Below the pieces are notes generated by a model that had not been told where the DNA came from, searched no databases, and was given only the letters and a program-made list of their open reading frames with translations. From Candidatus Acidiferrales bacterium (lineage in GTDB: Bacteria; Acidobacteriota; Terriglobia; Acidiferrales; UBA7541), in the NCBI GenBank assembly GCA_035622875.1, contig DASPUN010000016.1, positions 26,706 to 90,705 of the forward strand: DNA of 64,000 bases, in the 5' to 3' direction. Position numbers and translations under genes: made by a program. Of this stretch, positions 36,369-44,248 are shown piece by piece. Every line of letters starts with the position of its first letter. Positions within the stretch are counted from its first letter, which is position 1.

Positions 36369-37379
36369 GTGAGGAAGAAGATTCGCGTCATTCAATTTGG
36401 AGTCGGCCCCATCGGGGCCTCGATCGCCCGCCTGATGCGGCAGAAGGCCTCGCTCGAGATTGTCGGTGCCGTCGATAAGGATCCGGCCAAGATCGGCCGC
36501 GACCTGGGCGAAATTGTCGGCGCCTTCGACGCTCCCTGGGGAATCATGATCGACCCCGAGATTTCGATCGCCCTCGAAAAGCCTGTCGACGTCGTCATGC
36601 ACACCACGTCCTCGTATCTCGCCAATGTAATGGACGAGCTGCTTGCGTGCCTTTCGGCGGGCTGTTGCGTCGTTTCGACCTGCGAGGAGCTGGCGTATCC
36701 CTTCCGCAAGCATCCCGAGCTTTCAGCGCGTCTCGACGCTGCCGCCAAGGACGAAGGCGTCGCTCTCGCCGGAGTCGGTGTCAATCCCGGCTTCGTCATG
36801 GACAAGCTCGTCCTCACGCTTTCCGCCGCCTGCCAGCGCGTCGATTGGGCGCGCGCCACGCGCATCGTCGACGCATCGACGCGCCGCCTGCCGCTGCAGC
36901 AAAAAATCGGCGCGGGCATGGACCCCTACGAATTTCGCGATCAGGTTGCCGCAGGCACAATTAAGCATCACGGGTTGCCCGAATCGGTCGCCATGGTTGC
37001 CGACGGTCTCGGATTCGCGCTCGACGAAATTTCGGAAACGATCGAGCCGGTCATCGCAGAGGACACCGTAAAGACCGATTACCTCGAGGTCGCCGCAGGC
37101 CAAGTCGCAGGCGTGCATCAGATCGCTCGCGGAATGGCTGCCGGGCAGGAGCGAATCTTCATGGAGTTGCAGATGTATGTCGGGGCGAAACAACCTGCGG
37201 ATACCGTCGAACTGCGCGGAGAGCCGAACCTCACTCTCACGATTCCAGGCGGCACCCACGGCGATCTTGCCACCGCCGCCATCGCCGTCAACGCGATTCC
37301 GTCAATCTTGGCCGCGCCTGCCGGCCTTCGCTCCGTCCGCGATCTTCCTTTGGCCTTCTTTCCTTCGCTCGCCCCGTAG
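36369..37379 (+). CDS. NAD(P)-dependent DapB-like / amine dehydrogenase family protein (2,4-diaminopentanoate dehydrogenase-like)
   Basis: IRVIQFGVGPIGASIARL Rossmann N-terminus, followed by ...IVGAVDKDPAKIGRDLGEI. 336 aa. The specific family is assigned from memory only. Confidence 0.55.
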   Translation: MRKKIRVIQFGVGPIGASIARLMRQKASLEIVGAVDKDPAKIGRDLGEIVGAFDAPWGIMIDPEISIALEKPVDVVMHTTSSYLANVMDELLACLSAGCCVVSTCEELAYPFRKHPELSARLDAAAKDEGVALAGVGVNPGFVMDKLVLTLSAACQRVDWARATRIVDASTRRLPLQQKIGAGMDPYEFRDQVAAGTIKHHGLPESVAMVADGLGFALDEISETIEPVIAEDTVKTDYLEVAAGQVAGVHQIARGMAAGQERIFMELQMYVGAKQPADTVELRGEPNLTLTIPGGTHGDLATAAIAVNAIPSILAAPAGLRSVRDLPLAFFPSLAP

Positions 37380-37489
37380 GCGGGTGGCTCACCCTTCGTC
37401 CCGTGTTCCTCTTCTACTTGACCGCTGCGTAACGGAATGGTACCACTTCGATAGTTTCCGAAGCAGTTTATCCCACGCCGGGGGGGTGC

Positions 37490-37516
37490 CCCATCCTTCG
37501 GTGTGTGAAGGGTGGG
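37490..37516. repeat. REP hairpin, upstream copy
   Basis: 10-bp stem with one mismatch and a 7-nt loop. Lies 22 nt before the RAYT ATG. Confidence 0.6.
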
Positions 37517-37538
37517 CCCTAACGGTCCTCGGCAATCA

Positions 37539-38069
37539 ATGCCCAAGGGGCTCGAGCGCCGCTACGGCCAATACCATCTGCACTTCATTACGTGCAGTTG
37601 CTATCGGAGACTTCCGCTGCTGCAATCCGTACGAGCACGCGACCTTTTTCTCGAGATCCTCGATGACGTGCGAGGCCGCTATCAATTCGCGCTGGCCGGT
37701 TACGTGGTGATGCCCGAGCACATTCATCTTTTGATCGGCGAGCCCAAGGAGGGCACACCTTCGACCGTCATGCAGGCGCTGAAGCAGCGTGTTTCGAGGA
37801 GAATGCGCAAGCGCCGCCGCAGTCCGGCATCGCAAATGCGTTTGTGGGCGGAGGGCACCAATACGGCGCATCGCAGCTTTTGGCAGCGCCGCTTTTACGA
37901 CTTCAACGTCTGGAGCCCGAAGAAACGAAATGAGAAGCTTCATTACATGCATTTGAACCCTGTCAAACGAAAGCTCGTCGACGAGCCGAAACTGTGGCGA
38001 TGGAGCAGTTACCGCTTTTATCGCTACGGAGAGAAGAGCCTCTGCACTCCCAATCCGCCTGCATGTTAG
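37539..38069 (+). CDS. REP-associated tyrosine transposase (IS200/IS605 Y1 family, RAYT)
   Basis: YHLHFITCSCYRRLPLL N-terminus, HUH motif MPEHIHLLI, and catalytic Tyr region YMHLNPVKRKLV. ATG 37539 is preferred because the track GTG 37512 lies inside the hairpin. Confidence 0.8.
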   Translation: MPKGLERRYGQYHLHFITCSCYRRLPLLQSVRARDLFLEILDDVRGRYQFALAGYVVMPEHIHLLIGEPKEGTPSTVMQALKQRVSRRMRKRRRSPASQMRLWAEGTNTAHRSFWQRRFYDFNVWSPKKRNEKLHYMHLNPVKRKLVDEPKLWRWSSYRFYRYGEKSLCTPNPPAC

Positions 38070-38099
38070 ACGAGCGGTAGCGATTTTGAAAACAGCCCT

Positions 38100-38126
38100 T
38101 CCCACCCTTCGGTGCGTGAAGGGTGG
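38100..38126. repeat. REP hairpin, downstream copy
   Basis: Perfect 10-bp stem and 7-nt loop, 30 nt after the RAYT stop. Confidence 0.6.
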
Positions 38127-38317
38127 GATTCTCGCGGTACGAAGTCCACACCAACAACCGTTTGCATTCCGCTTGACAATCTGCCAGCGTGATCACGATG
38201 ACGCACTCGGGCCATCCACCCTCTCGACGAGGGCGGAAAGAAACGCTCTTTGACAACTGAATAGCGCGGCAAATTCGAGGAAGTTGCGGCTACTGCTGCG
38301 GCTCCGGAGGTTTAGGG

Positions 38318-38337
38318 GGTCGGAGCTTGAGCTCCGA
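38318..38337. repeat. REP-like hairpin GTCGGAGC-TTGA-GCTCCGAC (copy of 34262-34281)
   Basis: Perfect 8-bp stem. The flanks GG...AT are shared with the first copy. Confidence 0.55.
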
Positions 38338-38471
38338 CATAACTGGCCGGTGCGGAGCGCCGAACCTTTGCGCTGATTCACTCGCAGCAAGTAGTCTGTG
38401 GGTGCGACCTCTCGCTCAGGCGGGAAACGCAATCGTAGTCCGCCGGCCGAACTCCCCTCAGAATCCTGCAA

Positions 38472-38570
38472 ATCTACTCGACAATGCTGTCGAATAGGAA
38501 TCGCCGTAACTCTCTGAAAATAAAGGAGCGAGGATGATTCTACTCGACAATTTTTCGAGAATCGTCGGAA
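38472..38570 (+). repeat. two imperfect direct repeats (TCTACTCGACAAT...TCGA..GAATCGnCGnAAC) 66 nt apart
   Basis: Copy 1 is 38472-38509 and copy 2 is 38538-38570. The 13-nt cores are identical and the tails are similar. Confidence 0.5.
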
Positions 38571-38732
38571 CCCAGTACCTCGTCATTCCGAGCGAAGCAT
38601 CCCGGCGACTTCTCCTCACTGGAGATTGGCAGTGGTAATCTCCGCGCGGGGATGCGCAGTCGAAGAATCCCTCGGCAAAGCCCGCAGGGCCGAGGCTTGC
38701 AATAAGCCAGACAGGTCCGATGCTGTGGGATA

Positions 38733-40595
38733 ATGCGTGCAATGTCCGCCGCGCCAGATGCGACCACGTTGAGCCCCGCCTCGTTGGCGGAGTCCGCCGC
38801 GCAGCCGGGATTCGCCCTTCTACGCGACGGATCGACCTGGCGGCTATATCGCAATCCTAAGCAAATCCTGGCTGCCAACGACGCCGACTCACTCGTCCAG
38901 TCGCTTCGGCGAATTGAAGATCACATCACGCACGGAGGCGAGGCTGCCGGTCTTCTCCGCTATGAAGCGGGCTACGCGCTCGAACAGCGATTGCGACCTC
39001 TGCTCGGTGAACCCGCGGAGCCTCTCGCGTGGTTTGGCCTCTACGCCGATTGCGCGATTCTCGAAAATCCGCCACTTCTCCCGGATGACAAGAACATCCA
39101 GATCGATCGTCCGCGGCTCGAGATCGCGCGCGACAAATACTGCCGCAAAATCGAGGAGATTCGCCGGCTCATCGAAGCGGGCGAGGTCTATCAGATCAAT
39201 TTCACCACGCGCCTGCAGTTCGAAATGCAATGCGGCGCATGGGATCTCTTCTGCGCGCTTTGCCGCCGCCATCCCGTCCCCTACGCCGCGTTCCTGAATC
39301 TGGGCGACGAACAAATCGTTTCTCTCTCGCCGGAACTCTTCTTTGAGATAGAGAACGGACGCATCGCCGTCCGGCCGATGAAGGGAACAGCTCCTCGCGG
39401 GCGAACGCTCGATGAAGACATCGCCGCCGGCGAAGCGCTCCGCATCGACGAGAAGAATCGCGCCGAAAACGTCATGATCGTCGACTTGATGCGCAATGAC
39501 CTCGGCCGCATTTGCCGCACCGGCTCGGTGAAGACGACCAAGCTCTTCGACGTGGAGCGCTATCCTTCGGTTTGGCAAATGACGTCTACCGTCGAAGGCG
39601 AACTGAAGCGTGATTGCACGATCGAATCGATCGCGCGCGCGCTTTTCCCATCAGGTTCCGTGACCGGCGCTCCAAAGATCCGAGCGATGGAACATATCGC
39701 GCACCTCGAAAGCTCGCCTCGCGGTGCATACACAGGAGCGATCGGATTTTTCGCGTCGCAGCGCTCCTTCTTCAATGTGGCGATTCGCACGGTCACGCTG
39801 CGAGGCTCATCGGGGGCGATGGGCGTCGGCGGCGGAATCACGCACGGCTCGTCGGCGCCGGCGGAGTGGGAAGAATGCCAGTGGAAAGCGGCGTTTCTCA
39901 CCGAAAGCGAGCCGGAGTTCAAGCTTCTGGAAACGACGCTTTGGGACGGCGAATATCGATTCCTCGAAGATCATCTCGCGCGGATGAAAAATTCGGCCGA
40001 GTATTTCGGATTTCGATTCGACGAGCTGAAAATCCGCGAGACGCTTAACGATCTCGCAGCTCGGTTTCCGCGCGGGCCGCAAAGGGTGCGAATCACGCTG
40101 TCGCGGGTCGGCAAGCTCGAAATCGAGCATCGAGATTACGTGGACGAGCGATTCGGCCGCGTGCGGATATCGGATCGTAAGACTTCCAGCAGCGATCGTT
40201 TCCTCTTCCACAAAACGACGAATCGCCGCATTTACGATGAAGAATTCGTCGCCGCGCGGAAGGCCGGATTCGACGATGCGCTCTTCTTCAACGAGCGCGG
40301 CGAACTCACCGAAGGCGCCATTCACAACGTTTTCGTGGTGAAGGACGGCGTCTGGAAAACGCCTCCGGTTTCGTACGGCCTGCTGCCCGGAACGGCTCGC
40401 GCGCAAATCCTGCGAGAACAACCAAGCGCGCGCGAGGCGATCCTCGCTCTCGACGATCTCCTTGGCGCCGACGAGATCTATCTCTGCAACAGTGTTCGCG
40501 GGGTCTACGCGGTTGAGCTCGTCCTAGACGATCGCGTGCGCCCGCAACACGCCGAGATCGATCTTCGCGAGTCGGCGCAGCGCACCGTGAAGTAG
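38733..40595 (+). CDS. pabB: bifunctional aminodeoxychorismate synthase component I / aminodeoxychorismate lyase-like (chorismate-binding domain fused to a class IV aminotransferase domain)
   Basis: Chorismate-binding motifs SPELFF, RPMKGTAPRG, NRAENVMIVDLMRND, GSVTGAPKIRAMEHI, PRGAYTGAIGFF. The C-terminal roughly 220 aa have the class IV fold pattern (FLFHKTTNRRIYDEE, LPGTARAQIL). Confidence 0.8.
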   Translation: MRAMSAAPDATTLSPASLAESAAQPGFALLRDGSTWRLYRNPKQILAANDADSLVQSLRRIEDHITHGGEAAGLLRYEAGYALEQRLRPLLGEPAEPLAWFGLYADCAILENPPLLPDDKNIQIDRPRLEIARDKYCRKIEEIRRLIEAGEVYQINFTTRLQFEMQCGAWDLFCALCRRHPVPYAAFLNLGDEQIVSLSPELFFEIENGRIAVRPMKGTAPRGRTLDEDIAAGEALRIDEKNRAENVMIVDLMRNDLGRICRTGSVKTTKLFDVERYPSVWQMTSTVEGELKRDCTIESIARALFPSGSVTGAPKIRAMEHIAHLESSPRGAYTGAIGFFASQRSFFNVAIRTVTLRGSSGAMGVGGGITHGSSAPAEWEECQWKAAFLTESEPEFKLLETTLWDGEYRFLEDHLARMKNSAEYFGFRFDELKIRETLNDLAARFPRGPQRVRITLSRVGKLEIEHRDYVDERFGRVRISDRKTSSSDRFLFHKTTNRRIYDEEFVAARKAGFDDALFFNERGELTEGAIHNVFVVKDGVWKTPPVSYGLLPGTARAQILREQPSAREAILALDDLLGADEIYLCNSVRGVYAVELVLDDRVRPQHAEIDLRESAQRTVK

Positions 40596-40609
40596 ACCGG
40601 AAACCCCAG

Positions 40610-41497
40610 CTAGCTCTGACTTCCCGCCGCAGCCTTTTTCCAGAAGCGCGCAACCGCGGAAAAATCGGGATCGTCTGTCGACGAATCTTTGACCGCGCTG
40701 TATGTCGCATACGCCGCAGTACCCGCGGGAAGTGCAACGCCGTATTCCTTCGCGAGCTCGAGCGCGAGACGGATGTCCTTGTGCATCAGCCGTAGCGGAA
40801 AGCTCGCGGGGAATTCGCGTTTCAGCATTAGCGGCGCTTTCACGTCGAGCAGCGGCGAGCGGCCCATACTCGATTGCATCACCTCGACCAGGCGCTCGGC
40901 CGGCACTCCCGCTGTGGTGACCAACGCCAGCGCTTCCGCAAACGCGTTCACTTCGAGCGCGAGCAGCAGATTCATTCCGAGCTTTACAGTTTGGCCCGCG
41001 CCATTTGGGCCGAGCAGGAAGAATCGCTTGCCCATCGTTTCCAGCACAGGCTTGGCGCGCTCCAGCACTTCAGCCTTGCCGCCGATCATGAAAACCAACT
41101 CGCCCTTTTCGGCGCCCCACGTTCCGCCCGTGACCGGCGCATCGAGAAAGTCGACATGCCGGTTCGCGCAGCCGCCCCCGAGACGTCGCGCCATCTCTGG
41201 CGACACCGTGCTCGAATCGATGAGCAAGCTGCCGCCACGCAAACCATCGAGCGCGCCGTGCGCGCCCCACAGCACGTCTTCGAGCGCAGGGGGATCGCTC
41301 ACGATCGTGATCAGTACGTCGCACTGGGCCGCCGTTTCGCGCGGAGTCGCCGCGAGTTTCGCACCCGCCCGCACCAACTCCTCCGCTTTCACACGGGTCC
41401 GATTCCAGACGACGAGCGGAAATCCGGCGCGCAGCACATTTTGCGCCATCGGCTTGCCCATAAGGCCCAGTCCGATGAATCCGACTGTTGGCTTCAT
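40610..41497 (-). CDS. NAD(P)-dependent oxidoreductase, 3-hydroxyisobutyrate / 2-hydroxy-3-oxopropionate reductase family
   Basis: VGFIGLGLMGKPMAQNVLRAGFPLVVWNRT Rossmann N-terminus and a 6-PGDH-like C-terminal domain. Confidence 0.8.
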   Translation of the reverse strand: MKPTVGFIGLGLMGKPMAQNVLRAGFPLVVWNRTRVKAEELVRAGAKLAATPRETAAQCDVLITIVSDPPALEDVLWGAHGALDGLRGGSLLIDSSTVSPEMARRLGGGCANRHVDFLDAPVTGGTWGAEKGELVFMIGGKAEVLERAKPVLETMGKRFFLLGPNGAGQTVKLGMNLLLALEVNAFAEALALVTTAGVPAERLVEVMQSSMGRSPLLDVKAPLMLKREFPASFPLRLMHKDIRLALELAKEYGVALPAGTAAYATYSAVKDSSTDDPDFSAVARFWKKAAAGSQS

Positions 41498-41638
41498 TGA
41501 ATCCTCCGCAACAACGATTCAGAGAAGAGAGATTCTTCGACTGCGTGGCCGGACGTCCCGCCAGAGCGGGACAAGGAAGGATACTACTCCGGCCACTTCG
41601 CTAAGAATGACGACAAGTCGTGCTTCTGCGCCATCGCT

Positions 41639-44164
41639 TCAGACGAGCGCGAATTCGACGCGATGCCGCAACGGATCAATTCTCTCGGCGCGCACACGCA
41701 CACGGTCGCCGAGACGAAAGACTCTTTTGTGCGCGGCGACGCGCGAACTGCGATGCGGCTCGCACACGATCGTGTGGTCCCGCTCGCGGTACATGCAGCG
41801 CTGGCCCGTGAATTCTTCAATAAAGTCGATGCCCACAAGCCCTTCGACGAAGATTTCCGTCAGCTCGACGAAGAATCCGAACTTCTGCACCGAAATGATC
41901 AGCGCGTCGTACTCCTCGCCCAGATGCTCCTCCATGAACTGCGCCGTCTTCCAGTCCATCAAGTCGCGCTCGGCGAGATCGGCGCGGCGCTCGGCTTCAG
42001 AGCTTTCCGATGCGATTTCTTCCAGCTCGACTCGGCGATACGGACCAAGCGCAGGAACCGACACTTCCTTGCCCGACTTCGCATGCCGGACCGACGCGCG
42101 AACCGGCGCCGCGGACGGATTCTCGAGCGCCCACTTGAGAGCGCGATGAACGATGAGGTCCGGATAGCGCCGAATCGGCGAAGTGAAGTGTGTGTACTCC
42201 ATCGCCGCCAGCGCGAAATGGCCGAGCAGATCCGCGGCATAGCGCGCCTGCTTGAGTGATCGCAACATCAGATACGACAGAATTCGCTCCTCGGGCTTGC
42301 CCGCGATCTTCTGCGTCAGGCGCTGATAGTGCTGCGGGCGAATATCGACCTCTTCTTCGGCAGGCATCGTCACCGTCATGGCTCGCATCCGGCCGCGTCC
42401 GCCGCCGGCTTTCGCGGGAGCTTGCACTCGCCCGTGCCGCACGGCGACGCGGCGCTCGGTAAGGTCTTCGACGCCGAGCGTATATCCGAACGCTTGGGCG
42501 AGTTCCTCGAATTCGAGAACTTTCTTGGGATCGGGTTTTTCGTGGACGCGATGAAGCGAAGCGATCCCGCGCTTCTCAAGATACGCGGCCACGGCTTCGT
42601 TTGCGGCGAGCATGAACTCCTCGATGATGCGGTGGGCGATGTTTCGCTCGCTGCGGACGATGCTCTGCATTCGGCCTTCGGGGTCGAATTCGATCATTGG
42701 CTCCGGCAGATCGAAATCGACCGAGCCGCGCTCGTGCCGCCGCCGGCTGAGCAGCAGCGCCAGCTCCTTCATCCGCCGGAATTCCCCGGCCAGCGGCGCA
42801 TAGCGCTCGCTCATTTCCGGATCGCCTTCGAGCACTTTGTTGACGTTCGTATACGTCATCCGCTCGGCCGAGCGAATCACGCCCGAAGTGAAATCGGCGT
42901 GAGTCATTTTGCCGGACGAGTCCATCTCCATGATCACGCTCATCACCAGGCGGTCCACGTGAGGGTTGAGCGAGCAGATGCCATTCGAAAGTTCTTCGGG
43001 CAGCATGGGCACGGCGCGATTCGGGAAGTAGACAGAAGTTCCGCGCAGCCGCGCCTCGTGATCGAGCGGCGAGTCGCGCCAAACGTAGTGCGCGACATCG
43101 GCGATGTGCACCTGAAGCTCGTAACCGCCGTTCGGGAGAGGCCGGACGCAAACGGCGTCGTCGAAATCGCGCGCAGTTTCGCCGTCGATCGTCACGATCG
43201 GCAGATGGCGGAAATCGCGCCGGCCGTGCAATGCGGTTTCCTCGACTTGCTGCGACGTCGAGCGCGCCTGTGTGAGCACATTATCCGGGAAGACATGAGG
43301 CAGGTGGTGCTTCCGAATCATGATCTCGACATCGACGCCGATATCGCCCGGGCGTCCGAGGATCTCAATCACGCGACCGGCAGGCGCAAGGCCGCCCTTG
43401 GGATAGCGCGTGACTTCGACGTTGATTACGGCACCGTCGAGCTCGGGCAGCCGCATGCCGCGCATCGAGCGGGGCTCGCTCTTCGGCGTCACTCCGAGCT
43501 TCTGTTGCATTTCGGGCGTCAACTCTTCGCCCGGCGGAATCAGGACCTCGTGGGTGATTCGCGTGTCGTACGGCAGAACGAAGTTGCCGTGAGGACCGTA
43601 GCGGAAGAGTCCGACGACGGTCGGATGCTCGCGCTCGAGGATCTGCACGACGCGGCCCTCGGCGCGGCCATCGGGGCGGCGGCGCTCGATGCGCGCGAGA
43701 ACGTGGTCTCCGTGCATCGCGTCGCCGAGACCGTCGCGGCCGATGAAGAGATCGCCTTCGACGCGCGGCATCGGCTCATCAGGAACGAGAAAGCCATATC
43801 CATCACGATGCGCGACGATGCGGCCGGAAACGAGATTGGGATCGCGGGCGCGCTCGCGGTGCGCGGACGCGGGAGCGGCCGCTTTGTGCTCGCCGGCGGC
43901 GCGGCTCTGCTGGACAGCAGTGAGAGCCTTTTGACCGGTCAAGCGATAGCGGCCTCCATGAATCTCTTCGATTTCGCCCCGCTTCCTGAGCTGCTGAATC
44001 ACGCGCGGCAGGAAGCGGCGGCCGTGATGCTTCAGGCCCATGCCATGGGCGATTTCGCGAATGCTGGCAGGCAGCGATAGCGTGGCGAGATGGGCGATCA
44101 CTTGGTCGCGGCTGACTTCGGGTTGTCGAGGTTCTCTCGGTTCGATTGTGTGGCGGCGTCTCAT
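41639..44164 (-). CDS. rnr: ribonuclease R
   Basis: 841 aa. Cold-shock-like domains, RNB catalytic domain (ETARDFDDAV, HIADVAHYV), and a C-terminal S1 domain (ISVQKFGFFVEL). Confidence 0.9.
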   Translation of the reverse strand: MRRRHTIEPREPRQPEVSRDQVIAHLATLSLPASIREIAHGMGLKHHGRRFLPRVIQQLRKRGEIEEIHGGRYRLTGQKALTAVQQSRAAGEHKAAAPASAHRERARDPNLVSGRIVAHRDGYGFLVPDEPMPRVEGDLFIGRDGLGDAMHGDHVLARIERRRPDGRAEGRVVQILEREHPTVVGLFRYGPHGNFVLPYDTRITHEVLIPPGEELTPEMQQKLGVTPKSEPRSMRGMRLPELDGAVINVEVTRYPKGGLAPAGRVIEILGRPGDIGVDVEIMIRKHHLPHVFPDNVLTQARSTSQQVEETALHGRRDFRHLPIVTIDGETARDFDDAVCVRPLPNGGYELQVHIADVAHYVWRDSPLDHEARLRGTSVYFPNRAVPMLPEELSNGICSLNPHVDRLVMSVIMEMDSSGKMTHADFTSGVIRSAERMTYTNVNKVLEGDPEMSERYAPLAGEFRRMKELALLLSRRRHERGSVDFDLPEPMIEFDPEGRMQSIVRSERNIAHRIIEEFMLAANEAVAAYLEKRGIASLHRVHEKPDPKKVLEFEELAQAFGYTLGVEDLTERRVAVRHGRVQAPAKAGGGRGRMRAMTVTMPAEEEVDIRPQHYQRLTQKIAGKPEERILSYLMLRSLKQARYAADLLGHFALAAMEYTHFTSPIRRYPDLIVHRALKWALENPSAAPVRASVRHAKSGKEVSVPALGPYRRVELEEIASESSEAERRADLAERDLMDWKTAQFMEEHLGEEYDALIISVQKFGFFVELTEIFVEGLVGIDFIEEFTGQRCMYRERDHTIVCEPHRSSRVAAHKRVFRLGDRVRVRAERIDPLRHRVEFALV

Positions 44165-44248
44165 GAGCAGTCAGATGATCGTGAACAGGCTAACGGAAAT
44201 CTCGGCGCGTGGCAAAAACCCGCAAGCGCGATTGCACCGCGCAGCGAC

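Larger units (their letters stand above)
37490..38126 (+). mobile_element. RAYT unit: REP-associated tyrosine transposase gene bracketed by two copies of a 27-nt hairpin repeat
   Basis: Hairpins CCCATCCTTC-GGTGTGT-GAAGGGTGGG (37490-37516) and CCCACCCTTC-GGTGCGT-GAAGGGTGGG (38100-38126) flank the Y1-transposase-like ORF in the same orientation. Confidence 0.6.

Noticed and set aside
38472-38570. CRISPR array
   Set aside because: There are only two imperfect repeats with unequal length. The repeat/spacer periodicity does not continue, and there are no cas genes.
38127-38732. Housekeeping ncRNA (RNase P RNA, tmRNA, SRP RNA, 6S) hidden in the large spacer
   Set aside because: I could not find the conserved cores, for example GAGGAAAGUCC of RNase P P4, the tmRNA tRNA-like end, or the SRP GGAAGCAGCC motif. 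A covariance-model scan is still advisable.
38193-38878. Three overlapping minus-strand ORFs (92-112 aa) in the RAYT-pabB spacer
   Set aside because: Ser/Arg-rich low-complexity translations running through hairpin repeats, with no SD or start context.
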